From: Promethearchaeota archaeon
GTDB lineage: Archaea > Asgardarchaeota > Lokiarchaeia > Sigyniarchaeales > SOKP01
Reading direction: 5' to 3'
DNA: 64,000 bases
Assembly: GCA_019057795.1 (NCBI GenBank)
Contig: JAHLWS010000071.1
Span: forward strand, 1 to 64,000
The notes below the pieces were generated by a model. The model was not told the origin of the DNA, made no database searches, and saw only the letters and a list, made by a program, of their open reading frames with translations. Made by a program: the position numbers and the translations under genes. Shown here piece after piece: positions 28,222 to 38,833 of the stretch (within the stretch, counting starts at the first letter, position 1; every line of letters begins with the position of its first letter).

Positions 28222-31137
28222 TTAAAAATAAATGCCCTTCTTTCGAGCGAAATATTTTACTAATTCAAAAGATACTATGCAAATTAGGGAAATTGAAAAG
28301 CATACTAACCAATCCAACCAAGTAAGATACATAAACATAAAGTTTAATTCCACCGAGGCAAGGGCAACCTGAACTCCGGGAACATACATTAGCACAAGGA
28401 ATACCCCAAATAACAATCCAATTAATATGTACATGAATTTAGTGCTATCTTCTTTTATGCTTTTTATCAAAGATTTATTTGGTCTTCTAATTTGAAACAC
28501 TAAAAATGACTCGCAGAAGAAAATCGTTACCATTAACATCGTTAGGGTTTTTACTTCTTTTAATTCATTGTTCAATAACACTTCAGGGTTAAATAAAGGA
28601 AGTGTTTCAGGTGAAAAAAGATAAGCCCAGTCCCAATCGCCAAAATAAATATTCTCTGGAAAAACTGGATAAAGTCCAGTAATGGTTGTAAAGTAAACTA
28701 CTATCATGCTGAGCGATAAAAAAGCTCCGAAAGCAAACAATAAAATCATTGTGTGTTTAGAAAGAATCTCTTCTTCGTTGTGAGGTTTTTGCTTCATCAC
28801 ATCTTTAGATGTCGTATCGAAAGTTAGTATAAGACCTGGAAACATGTGTACTGTAATGGCAAGAAAGATCCATTGATAATAAAAGACAGGGTCTAAAAAA
28901 TATGGGAAGCCTAATATTATGGATAAAATAAATTGGACGATACCCTCGAATACATTAATTGCTATGTAAAAGAATACAACTGCCCTAATACGAGAAAAAA
29001 TACCCCGACCTTCTTCTATTCCGGTTACGATTGAAGTAAAAGAATCGTCGCTTATTACCATGTCGCTCGCTTCTTTGGCAACATCAGTTCCTTGTATGCC
29101 CATAGCTATGCCTGCATCTGCCATATTTAGAGCTAATGCATCATTTACCCCATCTCCCGTCATGGCGACAACTTGATCAGCATCTTGGTATCTTTTTATA
29201 ATCTCTTGTTTGTGTTCAGGAGATACCCTAGCAAATACTTTAATTCTACTAAAATCGAAAAATGAACGGATCTTTTTTATATCTTTGCCCTCTACTACAA
29301 TATCGTCATCATTTTGAATGATAGATATTTGTTTAGCTATTGACTTTGCAGTAGCAGGTGAGTCTCCAGTGATCATTACCACATCGACTCCAGCAGCGTG
29401 ACATTGTTCGACGCTTTTTTTTACACCATCTCTAGGAGGATCTAAAATCGTTACAAAACCGATATAGATCATATCTGATTCACATAATTCCCTACTTCTA
29501 TCGTCCTCTCGGGGAATTACATCTAATTTTTTATAGCATAAACTTAAAATCCTAAATCCTCTTTCAGCATAGGTATTTGCTATTTTCATTATTTTATCTT
29601 TAATTTCATCTGTGAAATCTAATTCTTGGTTTTTATACAAGACTTTATTGCATAAAGGAATTAAGATTTCGCTTGCACCTTTAGTAAAGGAGAAAAATTT
29701 ATTTTCTTTCTTGTATACTTTAGTCATCCGTTTTACTTTCGAATCAAAGGGATATTCTTTAAAATATTCAAATTCTTTGAGTATATAATCGCCCATGCCT
29801 TTTTGGAATAGAACCATTAAAGCGCCTTCCGTTGGAGAGCCGATGACTGTCCAATTAGGAATAATTCTGCCTGAAATCTCAATTTCATTCTTTACTAAAG
29901 CAGAATTATTGTTTAAGAATCCAGAAATTAATAATAATTTAAGCTGTGGAAAATCATCTATATGTTTCACGTAAACAGAATTTTTTGGATCATCAACTAA
30001 TATTATTTCGCCTTCAGGGTTATACCCACTTCCTGTAACCTTATAGGTTGACCCATTTGTCCAAATGTTCGGAATACTCATTTGATTCTTTGTTAATGTG
30101 CCAGTTTTATCGCTACAAACTATACTAACTCGTCCTAAACTATCTACTGAGGCTAGATTTCGAACTATAACGCCATGATGAGCCATTGCTAAAACTCCTG
30201 TAAGTAAAATAATTGTAACAAGAAGAGGGATGTTAATTGGAAGTAGATCCATTGCAGAATTCAAGCTTTTTACGAATTCTATTTCACCAGTAGCACCCCA
30301 TTTAATTAAGATTATAAGAAGCCAAAATATGATTACAATTATTCCCAACCATTTACCGAAGTTGTTCATTTTCTCTCGGATAGGGATTTCACTCGTTCCA
30401 GCCTCTTCTAAGCCTTGCGAAATTTTTCCGATTTCAGTGTCCTTACCTGTCTTTACTGCTATTGCTGTAGCATTACCAGTTGCGATAAAAGTTCCGTAGA
30501 AGGTCATATTTTTACGATCGGCAATTGAAATTTCTTCTTTTTCTAAAAATTTTCCTAATGCTTTACCTTCTTGAAGCTTTCTTACAGGTTCGGATTCGCC
30601 AGTAAGGCTAGATTCATTAACCTCTAAATTGGAAGAATGAATTATCCTTCCATCTGCCGGAATCCTATCACCTTGTTTTAATACTAATAAATCACCAACT
30701 ACTACCTCTTTGGTTGGTATATCTGACTTTTGGCTGTCTCTAATAACTGTAGACGTTGGTGCGGTCATTTCTCTTAAAGCGTTCAGCTTTTTCGTTGCTC
30801 TATATTGTTGAATAATCGCAACTATGCAGTTTAGACCGACAATCCCAAGAGTTAATAAAATAAAGGTCATATTACCCTCGCCACCAAAGAAAGTGGCGGC
30901 CAAAAATAAGAATAGGGCTCCTATTAAGTAAATTACAATCAACCAGTTGAACAACGGAGCAAGATAAATTTTGATGAACCCTTTCGATGCTTTTGGTATT
31001 TCGTTTAAGCCATAAAGCTCTAACCTTTTTTGCGCTTCGTCGTTCGTTAAGCCATTCTTCGGATTTGTCTGAAACTTTTTGTAGATTTGTTCTAACTCCA
31101 TATTATAATAAATTTCTTTCATTAAGATTTCTCCCAC
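28222..31137 (-). CDS. P-type ATPase, P2A-like, atypical TM4 (PINIP)
   Basis: LTGES, DKTGTLT, KGASE, DPPR, MITGD, TGDGVND. Confidence 0.95.
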   Translation of the reverse strand: MGEILMKEIYYNMELEQIYKKFQTNPKNGLTNDEAQKRLELYGLNEIPKASKGFIKIYLAPLFNWLIVIYLIGALFLFLAATFFGGEGNMTFILLTLGIVGLNCIVAIIQQYRATKKLNALREMTAPTSTVIRDSQKSDIPTKEVVVGDLLVLKQGDRIPADGRIIHSSNLEVNESSLTGESEPVRKLQEGKALGKFLEKEEISIADRKNMTFYGTFIATGNATAIAVKTGKDTEIGKISQGLEEAGTSEIPIREKMNNFGKWLGIIVIIFWLLIILIKWGATGEIEFVKSLNSAMDLLPINIPLLVTIILLTGVLAMAHHGVIVRNLASVDSLGRVSIVCSDKTGTLTKNQMSIPNIWTNGSTYKVTGSGYNPEGEIILVDDPKNSVYVKHIDDFPQLKLLLISGFLNNNSALVKNEIEISGRIIPNWTVIGSPTEGALMVLFQKGMGDYILKEFEYFKEYPFDSKVKRMTKVYKKENKFFSFTKGASEILIPLCNKVLYKNQELDFTDEIKDKIMKIANTYAERGFRILSLCYKKLDVIPREDDRSRELCESDMIYIGFVTILDPPRDGVKKSVEQCHAAGVDVVMITGDSPATAKSIAKQISIIQNDDDIVVEGKDIKKIRSFFDFSRIKVFARVSPEHKQEIIKRYQDADQVVAMTGDGVNDALALNMADAGIAMGIQGTDVAKEASDMVISDDSFTSIVTGIEEGRGIFSRIRAVVFFYIAINVFEGIVQFILSIILGFPYFLDPVFYYQWIFLAITVHMFPGLILTFDTTSKDVMKQKPHNEEEILSKHTMILLFAFGAFLSLSMIVVYFTTITGLYPVFPENIYFGDWDWAYLFSPETLPLFNPEVLLNNELKEVKTLTMLMVTIFFCESFLVFQIRRPNKSLIKSIKEDSTKFMYILIGLLFGVFLVLMYVPGVQVALASVELNFMFMYLTWLDWLVCFSISLICIVSFELVKYFARKKGIYF

Positions 31138-31441
31138 GACTTTTAATGTAGTTTTATTGTTAAATTAAAAAATGAAATAGTTATATTTTATTTTATGGCT
31201 TTTTTGTTTTAAAATTAAAAACTAATTTGAAGAATGTGAAATGGTAAGATCTAGCCCATGTGTGTTAAATAATCTTAGTTAATTATCATAAAAAAGTTTT
31301 TTTTCTACTAATTTAATAGTCTAATAATAATAGAATATCATGGAACTATAAAGTTTATTCTTACATGGCAATATTTAATCCAAAATAGAATTTTAAAATT
31401 AAATTTAAGAGTAAGAAATAAATATGTGATCTTCATATATT

Positions 31442-31458
31442 ATCATATATGATCATAT
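31442..31458. promoter_or_regulatory. Overlapping palindromes over the TA start codon
   Basis: atcatatatgat (31442-31453) and atatgatcatat (31447-31458) are both perfect 12-mers. Confidence 0.4.
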
Positions 31459-31943
31459 TAGATGCTTCTCCATTAATCCATCTTACAAAGATTGGCAAAT
31501 TAGAATATATCATTGGTCTTTTTGATTTTATTATAATATCTAATGCCGTATATAAAGAAGTCATTGAGGAAGGGATAAAAGCGGGATATACTGATGCTAC
31601 TCTTATACTAAATTATTTTAAAAATAATAAAATTAAAGAAATTAAGATTGAAAATCCCGACCCATTATTAGAAGAATATCTACATCCTGGAGAATCGGAA
31701 TCAATTCAATTGGCAGATCATTTAAAATGTATTTTAGTTATAGATGAAAAAAAAGGGAGATTAATAGCAGAGCAGAGGAAGATTGAATTTTTAACCACAG
31801 CTGATGTGTTATTACTCTTATTGAAGGAAGGTTTAATAAATTTTGATTTTTTTAAAAAAAATCTCGCAAAATATTCAGCGGATGGATGGTTAGGGGCTGA
31901 AATATATCAAAAATATTTAGAAGAGGGAAAAAAATATGAGTGA
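31449..31943 (+). CDS. PIN-domain protein, DUF3368 type
   Basis: ILDASPLIHL, AVYKE, LHPGESESI, VIDEKKGR. Confidence 0.88.
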   Translation: MIILDASPLIHLTKIGKLEYIIGLFDFIIISNAVYKEVIEEGIKAGYTDATLILNYFKNNKIKEIKIENPDPLLEEYLHPGESESIQLADHLKCILVIDEKKGRLIAEQRKIEFLTTADVLLLLLKEGLINFDFFKKNLAKYSADGWLGAEIYQKYLEEGKKYE

Positions 31944-32295
31944 AAGGTTATCAATTGTTATTCCGTCAGAAATGAATGAAGATCTTAAAAAATTACAAAA
32001 GATATTAAAAATGGATAAAAGTACGGTAATTAGACACTTACTTTCTAAATCTATCCGAGAAGTAAAAATACAAACCTTATTAGATGAATATAGGAAGGGA
32101 AAACTGTCTCTCGGGAAAGCTGCTGAATTAGCAGGAGTTAATTTATGGGAATTCATTGAACATTGTAGGAGGAATCAAATTAAATTAGATTTAACTGAAG
32201 AGGAAGTGGAAATTGGAATACGCAGAGTTGAGAAAATTGATATTCAAAAATATAAAGAAACTATTAAGAACTCATTAAAATCACTTGAAAAATGA
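31936..32295 (+). CDS. UPF0175 family antitoxin with N-terminal RHH
   Basis: RLSIVIP...DKSTVIRHLL, YRKGKLSLGKAAELAG; overlaps the PIN gene by 8 nt. Confidence 0.88.
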   Translation: MSERLSIVIPSEMNEDLKKLQKILKMDKSTVIRHLLSKSIREVKIQTLLDEYRKGKLSLGKAAELAGVNLWEFIEHCRRNQIKLDLTEEEVEIGIRRVEKIDIQKYKETIKNSLKSLEK

Positions 32296-32333
32296 AAATT
32301 AAAAACTCTTTAAAATAAATCATTCAAGAAAAT

Positions 32334-35210
32334 TTAGAAGAGAATATTTTTTCTTCTCGCAATGTATTTAAAAAGTTCGATTCCAATTAATCCCGGTAAA
32401 GCAAACAAAACGCATATTATCCAATCTGTTCCACTCAGAAAGAGAAAATTAATTTGTAAGTTTAAACCAAACACATCGTTCACGTAATAATTTACTTGGT
32501 AAGAGAATATAATATAGAGGACGTGTAAAGCTAGGGTAAATAGACTTACAATTAACAAAGAAAGACAGAATTCTTCCTTCAAACTTTTTAAAAAAGATTT
32601 ATTTGGGCGCCTAAAAGTCCAGATAAACGTCGTTTCAACAATATATAATGTTGTGATGAACATAGTTCTTGCTTTTTGTGCCAACAATTCGGGTTGTGTT
32701 GATCCAACTGGAATATAACTAATAGTAGGATTAAGATTCCACTCATTCAACGGGATAAAACCTCCTAAGGTAAATTGAAGAACTAATACCAGACCAATTC
32801 CCATTAACAACGCTTGTATTAACATCATAATCCACATATTTTTGTTTAATAATTGTTGTTCGTCTCTAGGTGGTTCTTTCATTACATCCGAGGGATGTCT
32901 ATCGATCACCAAGGCTAGAGCCGGTAGTGAGTGGACTATTCCAAAAATATAGATATGTTGCCATTCTGAACTGAACAAATCGAAGAAAGGGATGAATTCG
33001 TAGGTAAAAAATATGGTTGCTTCCATTATGTTTAAACAGATGAAAAAATATATAATGGTGCGAATTTTAGCAAACAAACCACGGCCAATTTTTACGCCCT
33101 TGACAATGGAAGAAAAATTGTCGTCACTTATGACCATATCCGCAGTTTCTTTAGCTACATCTGTCCCTGTAATTCCCATAGCTATACCGGCATTAGCAAG
33201 CTTTAAAGCTAAAGCGTCGTTAATACCGTCTCCAGTCATAGCGCATATGTGATCTTGTGATTGATATTTTTTTACTATTATTTCTTTGTCAGAAGGATCG
33301 ACTCTTGCAAAAACTGAAACTCTATTGAAATCTTTATCGTTTAAATTGATAATATCGTGCCCTTCTATTACTAAATCTCCCTCTTTGTAAATTCTCATTT
33401 GTGCAGCAATAGTTTTAGCGGTTGCTGGGTGGTCTCCAGTGATCATAACGGTTTTAATACCGCCAGATTCGCTTTCTTCCACAGCAGATCTTACATCTGG
33501 GCGTGGTGGGTCTAAAATTGAAACGAAACTCAAAAAAGTTAGATTGGTTTCAGTTTTTTCTCTATTTAAACTATTTAAATCTTTTATTTTCTCGACATTC
33601 TTATAAGCAACGGCTAAAGTTCGGTATCCTTGTTTGGCTCGCAACTGGATTTTTTTTAAAAGTTCTTCTTTTAAATCTTCGTCTAATGCCTTTATATCGC
33701 CGTTGACTTCGATTTTATTTGATATTTCTAAGATCCTTTCGGGAGCCCCTTTAGTAAAAGCAAAAAAATCCTTGGGATTTGATTTAAGTTTACATATAGT
33801 GGTCATTCGTTTAATTTCAGAGCTGAATGAAAATTCTTTCAATATTTCGTACTTATCTTTTATATCGTGGTTAATATATCCCGCTTTTTCAGATAGTACT
33901 AATAATGCGGCTTCTGTTGGTGACCCTAAAGCTTTTCTTACGGCTATTTCATTTACATTTTTTAGCCGAACTTTAACATCCTCGTATATTAATTTAACAT
34001 TGTTGTTTAATACGATTGAATCGATAAATTTCTGAAATGTAAGATTATCTTTTAACTCCACTTCGTTATTATTTTCAAGAATTATTCCCTCAACATCATA
34101 ACCAGTACCTGAAACATGATATTCTATATTGTTTATCCAAAATCTTTCTACAGTCATTTCGTTTTTGGTTATAGTCCCTGTTTTATCTGCACATATTATC
34201 GAAACTCGACCAAGAGATTCAATTGAAGCTAAGTTTTTTATAATTACCCCACTTTGAGCCATATTTAATACACCAGTTATGAGGACAAGCGTTGTAAGGA
34301 GTGGTAAGTTTATGGGCATGATATTCATTGACCTTAAAATAGAACTTATTAAAGCATCGCTAATATAGTCGCCATATAAATTACCTTCTATTCCTAAAAG
34401 CACAAATTTATAGGTAATTAAGATTATTAAATTAATAATAACTATAGTTCCAAGGATATAGCCTAACCTATTCAATTTTCGCGTCAAAGGTATATCTTCA
34501 ATGCTACCCATTTCATTTAATTGATTTGAGATTTTACCAATCTCCGTATTTGTTCCCGTTCCAATCACTAAGGCTTTTCCCCTACCTGTGTGAATGTAGG
34601 TCCCCATAAACACCATGTTGGTTCGTTTCTGGAGGGGTACTTTGTTATTTTCGAGGGGAGATTTGTTTTTTTCTACAGGCTCACTTTCTCCACTAAGTGG
34701 AGCTTCATCGATAGTTAGATTGGTAAATTCGATAATTCTAGCATCTGCAGCGATTTTATCGCCTTGTCTTAACAAGATAACGTCTCCAGGTACGATTTCC
34801 CTTGTAGGAATCTCAAATTGAATTCCATCCCTTAAAACAGTCGCTTTTAAAGCGGCAATTTTTCTTAAGGATTCTAGCGCTTTTTGCGCTCTGAATTGTT
34901 GAACAATTACAGTAGTCGAATTCATGATGACTACCGCGAAAGTGATGATAGTAGAACTTGGAGAGCCAAGAATCAAGATAATTGTTCCTGATATAATTAA
35001 AATAATGATTAAAAAATTAAAAATTGGTGCCAAATAAATTTTCCATAAAGACTTCTTAATTTTAGGTAATTCGTTATAACCATATTCAAGATATTTACTC
35101 TCTATTTCTAAAGACTTCAAACCATTATTAGGATCTGTTTGAAATTTTGAAACTAAATCATCTATTGATTGAGTTAGTAATTCTTCAGAGCGAACTTGAA
35201 TTTGACTCAT
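32334..35210 (-). CDS. P-type ATPase, P2A-like, atypical TM4 (PINLP)
   Basis: LSGES, DKTGTIT, KGAPE, DPPR, MITGD, TGDGIND. Confidence 0.95.
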   Translation of the reverse strand: MSQIQVRSEELLTQSIDDLVSKFQTDPNNGLKSLEIESKYLEYGYNELPKIKKSLWKIYLAPIFNFLIIILIISGTIILILGSPSSTIITFAVVIMNSTTVIVQQFRAQKALESLRKIAALKATVLRDGIQFEIPTREIVPGDVILLRQGDKIAADARIIEFTNLTIDEAPLSGESEPVEKNKSPLENNKVPLQKRTNMVFMGTYIHTGRGKALVIGTGTNTEIGKISNQLNEMGSIEDIPLTRKLNRLGYILGTIVIINLIILITYKFVLLGIEGNLYGDYISDALISSILRSMNIMPINLPLLTTLVLITGVLNMAQSGVIIKNLASIESLGRVSIICADKTGTITKNEMTVERFWINNIEYHVSGTGYDVEGIILENNNEVELKDNLTFQKFIDSIVLNNNVKLIYEDVKVRLKNVNEIAVRKALGSPTEAALLVLSEKAGYINHDIKDKYEILKEFSFSSEIKRMTTICKLKSNPKDFFAFTKGAPERILEISNKIEVNGDIKALDEDLKEELLKKIQLRAKQGYRTLAVAYKNVEKIKDLNSLNREKTETNLTFLSFVSILDPPRPDVRSAVEESESGGIKTVMITGDHPATAKTIAAQMRIYKEGDLVIEGHDIINLNDKDFNRVSVFARVDPSDKEIIVKKYQSQDHICAMTGDGINDALALKLANAGIAMGITGTDVAKETADMVISDDNFSSIVKGVKIGRGLFAKIRTIIYFFICLNIMEATIFFTYEFIPFFDLFSSEWQHIYIFGIVHSLPALALVIDRHPSDVMKEPPRDEQQLLNKNMWIMMLIQALLMGIGLVLVLQFTLGGFIPLNEWNLNPTISYIPVGSTQPELLAQKARTMFITTLYIVETTFIWTFRRPNKSFLKSLKEEFCLSLLIVSLFTLALHVLYIIFSYQVNYYVNDVFGLNLQINFLFLSGTDWIICVLFALPGLIGIELFKYIARRKNILF

Positions 35211-35320
35211 TTCTCTACATAATACTTTTTTAATTAAATAATCGAATAATAATAAAAAATATTGATTTAAACCTTATTAATTATACAATCTTTCAACAAT
35301 TCTTTAAACGAGTGAAAAAT

Positions 35321-36283
35321 TTAAAGGTCTAATTCTTGCGGATCCCCTAAGATCTCCTTTAATACATTGTATCTTTTTCTAATTGTCGTACTTGAGAATC
35401 GACTGGTGCGTTCAACGATACTTTGAGTAAAAATTTTACGATTCTCCAAGGATTGGCCAATATAATAGATTAAACCCGCTGTAAATGCTTTGTGATTCGA
35501 ATTTTGAATTTGTTCGTACGTGATTTTGTTTAAAATTTTATTTGCTACTAACTGCATATCTAATTTCAATTTAGTATATTCTGTTTTATTGGATAGATGT
35601 TGTTTGACATCTCGAAATAATATATTATTAATATCTTTTTGAAACAAGATTTTAATTTTATTTTTTATCTGTTCTTCTAAGTTAGAAGCACTTTCGGCAA
35701 TTTTTAACCTTCTTTCTGTTCTTTTTACTTTTATCATAGCATTATTAAGCATCTTTTTGTTTATCTTATGTCCTAATTCTCTTGTTTTTTTTATATATTC
35801 TTCAATTCTCACGTTTGTAGTTTCTTTTATCTCCATCCATACTATTGCGAGAAAGATAATGACCATATTTTCGTATGTTTGTCTATGATGTTTGTTATAT
35901 TGCAAATATTTCGCTTTAATTTCTTGATATTTTACAGAATCTATACTTAAACCAATGCCATAACCCTTTAACAAGTCAATCGTCTTTTTCTGTTCTGAAA
36001 AGCTGCTTTGATAGTCCCGAAACCATTTGTTTAAAGTATTGATTTGATCGTATCGTTTTTTTGTCTTTGGGTCCTGAATTGCTTTTGAACTTCCTGTTCG
36101 AATTTTTCTTTCATATTCTAACCGGGAATCAGAAAAATAGTTAGAAGGAGACGATGTTTCAAAAGCAACATAATCTTCTAAGATTATACCACAATCTTGG
36201 CACACAAAGTATCCTCTCTCTTGTTTTACGTTTTTGTGGGTACAAGCGGTTAATTCCTTACTATTTTTTTTTTTATCGTTCAA
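35321..36283 (-). CDS. Divergent TFIIB/TFB-like protein
   Basis: N-terminal CTH...VCQDCG zinc ribbon; C-terminal cyclin repeat AGLIY...TQSIV...STTIRKRY. Confidence 0.7.
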   Translation of the reverse strand: MNDKKKNSKELTACTHKNVKQERGYFVCQDCGIILEDYVAFETSSPSNYFSDSRLEYERKIRTGSSKAIQDPKTKKRYDQINTLNKWFRDYQSSFSEQKKTIDLLKGYGIGLSIDSVKYQEIKAKYLQYNKHHRQTYENMVIIFLAIVWMEIKETTNVRIEEYIKKTRELGHKINKKMLNNAMIKVKRTERRLKIAESASNLEEQIKNKIKILFQKDINNILFRDVKQHLSNKTEYTKLKLDMQLVANKILNKITYEQIQNSNHKAFTAGLIYYIGQSLENRKIFTQSIVERTSRFSSTTIRKRYNVLKEILGDPQELDL

Positions 36284-36422
36284 AAAAGATCAATTGTAAT
36301 TGATTAATATATAGTTCAAAAAAAATATAAGTTTTAAATTTATAAACTTTTTATAAAAAACCATCAAATTAAATATTATATAAAAGATTTTAATATTTTA
36401 AAGAAATTAATGAGAGATTAAA

Positions 36423-36992
36423 ATGGAACGTAAAATCATTTTAAAATGGTTATCTATTTTTAGCGTCAGTTTCTTTATACTTTCAATAGTAGAACTGATT
36501 GATCTTATTGTTTTTAGTACAGTAATTAGTATGGATTTAGATGGTCAGCAATTTACTATTATTAACTTAATATTTCAATCAGGGTTTATGTCTATTCACG
36601 CACCACTTTTGTGGATATTTCTTCTGTGCGTAATTTGCGCATTCATCGCCTTAGCACTTTCAATATTCAGAGTTGCAAAGAAACAAATCATTGAAAATTA
36701 TAATCTCGCCAAGTTTATGTTACTTATAGGCTTGTTTTTAGTAATTGGTGGCTTTATCAAAATGAGTTTTATTGTATTATTAGGTAACAATACTATTAGT
36801 ACAGGTTTAACCACAATTACATTTCAAGAAGCGTTATATACGCCTACTATTACCTCTGTAATTGGAGCTATAATGTGGGTTTATTTTATTGTTGTTGTAT
36901 GTAGTCTTTTAATTTCTGGCTTGATCTTTGGTGGGATTGGTCTTCAATGGATGCTCCTTATTCAAGATGAAAGTGCCTCTCAAGATCAATAG
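36423..36992 (+). CDS. Hypothetical four-TM membrane protein
   Basis: 189 aa, four hydrophobic segments. Confidence 0.75.
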   Translation: MERKIILKWLSIFSVSFFILSIVELIDLIVFSTVISMDLDGQQFTIINLIFQSGFMSIHAPLLWIFLLCVICAFIALALSIFRVAKKQIIENYNLAKFMLLIGLFLVIGGFIKMSFIVLLGNNTISTGLTTITFQEALYTPTITSVIGAIMWVYFIVVVCSLLISGLIFGGIGLQWMLLIQDESASQDQ

Positions 36993-37177
36993 TAATTTAC
37001 GAAAATCCTTAATTTTTTCTATCTTTTTTTGTAATACAATAAAAAGTGAAAAAAAAGGGGTTATGGTAATTTTTTCTTTTGTTTCTCCAAGATAATAAAT
37101 GAAAGTATCGTTATGAACGTAAATAGAATGTAGTAATTTCCAAATGAAATTATCGGTACACCATCAAAATAGTAAAA

Positions 37178-37381
37178 CTATTTTGATCTACCGTATTTTT
37201 TTAATAACTTCTCAATTTCTAATTCTGCTTCTGAAATTTTATATTTTAATGGAATATTTCTTTTATGTAATTCGTCAAGCATTTCCCATATGGAAATTCC
37301 TGCGATTTCGGATGATTTTCCTAAAGATATTTTATCATCAAGATATTGATTTATTGCATAATCCAATTTCTTTAATTTCAT
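37178..37381 (-). pseudogene. UPF0175 family antitoxin, N-terminally truncated orphan
   Basis: YLDDKISLGKSSEIAGISIWEML; RHH part absent in frame (LNKTNFLR-like residues just upstream in another frame); no PIN partner. Confidence 0.65.
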
Positions 37382-37582
37382 ACTGGTTTTACTCTAAGAA
37401 AATTCGTCTTATTAAGTGTTTTATTGCTTAATATTATATAAAGGTTTGTTCAACACATCACCATCTCTAGTCATAGTTATTTATACACTTAAATAGAAAT
37501 AAAACTAAAAATGATAAAATGAAAAATATCAATTAAAAAGAAAAAAGAAGAATATATAACCTTATGAAAAACATAGAGAGGT

Positions 37583-38710
37583 TTAAAACAAGTTTATATT
37601 TCTTATAATCTTATCCCTGTTAGGGTCTTGATTGACTTTATTTTGTACTATTGAAAGAATTGCTTCTCTACTAAGTCCTATTTTCTCTAAAGTGAAATTT
37701 ACGCCCGATTCGTTGAATTTTCCTTCTCGAATCATCGGAGTTAGATGCTTCAGAGTGATTAACCATTTTTTTCTAATGCTCGGGTCTTGACGAATCAATT
37801 CAGCGAATTGTAGGCTGTATGGAAGAGCTCCAAATCGATTTAAGTCGTAGAAAAGCGCGGCGGCGATAACATGACAACTAGTTTTGAGAGTATTGGAATT
37901 TCCTTTCTTAACTAAATTCTTAGATTCTATAAGCTGAATAATGTCTTCTTCGTTATAATCTATTACGTGATATGGCAATAATATTCGAGGAACGGTGTGA
38001 TTCTCGAAATCTTCAGGCGTAGTGTAATGTTTTCTATCTTCTTCGGTAAAGGACTCTCGATTAATAAAACTTGGCTTCCAATCGTGCTCTATTTCATGTT
38101 GTGGAATTTCGTAAAAATACCTTCTAATCTCGTCGGGAGAATAACCGAATAAAATAATATCCATATCGTGCTTCATTGCCTCTCGAACAACTAAACTATG
38201 AACTAAATCGCCACAATTATCGCATAAATTTCTCGTTAAGGTCAAATCATTTGAGTCTTGATTCGTAAATACCCACTGATATAATTTTCTAAATGTTTCT
38301 TTCGCGCCATCGATTACAATGTGATCTACGCTTATCTTTTTGAGAGTATCTTTAATGTTTTCGAAAGCAATATCGGGGATAAACCCTGAGTCAATAGTTA
38401 CTGCGAGCGGGTTAAACCCATAGTCGTGTATTACTGTGTATAAAAGGGCTGTCGAATCTTTCCCTCCCGAATAACCCACAATACAATCGTACTTCTTCTC
38501 TTTTTGGTGCGAGCGCATAAGTTCAATAACAGAATTCCAGTCCCTTAAGCCATTTTCCTTCATTTCCTCAGTTATTTGAGTCTTCCACCAATTTGTAGTT
38601 TTGTAAGTTGGATCTTCACAATAATTGCAAATCCCTTCAGAATTTAACTCAATTCCAAAAGAACCGTCAATCAAAATACAATTTTTGCAGATATATTGTT
38701 CATTAATCAT
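37583..38710 (-). CDS. PP-loop adenine nucleotide alpha hydrolase (N-acetyl sugar amidotransferase-like)
   Basis: CKNC, CNYC, YSGGKDS, CDNC. Confidence 0.8.
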   Translation of the reverse strand: MINEQYICKNCILIDGSFGIELNSEGICNYCEDPTYKTTNWWKTQITEEMKENGLRDWNSVIELMRSHQKEKKYDCIVGYSGGKDSTALLYTVIHDYGFNPLAVTIDSGFIPDIAFENIKDTLKKISVDHIVIDGAKETFRKLYQWVFTNQDSNDLTLTRNLCDNCGDLVHSLVVREAMKHDMDIILFGYSPDEIRRYFYEIPQHEIEHDWKPSFINRESFTEEDRKHYTTPEDFENHTVPRILLPYHVIDYNEEDIIQLIESKNLVKKGNSNTLKTSCHVIAAALFYDLNRFGALPYSLQFAELIRQDPSIRKKWLITLKHLTPMIREGKFNESGVNFTLEKIGLSREAILSIVQNKVNQDPNRDKIIRNINLF

Positions 38711-38833
38711 ATAATTTCTCCTACAATCATAATTTACAAAGTTTATAGGAGAATATATTTAATGTATTTAAAGAAAAAGTGTAAAAAAAATAAAAATAAA
38801 ATAAAAAAAGATAAAATAAAATTATTTAAGAGA

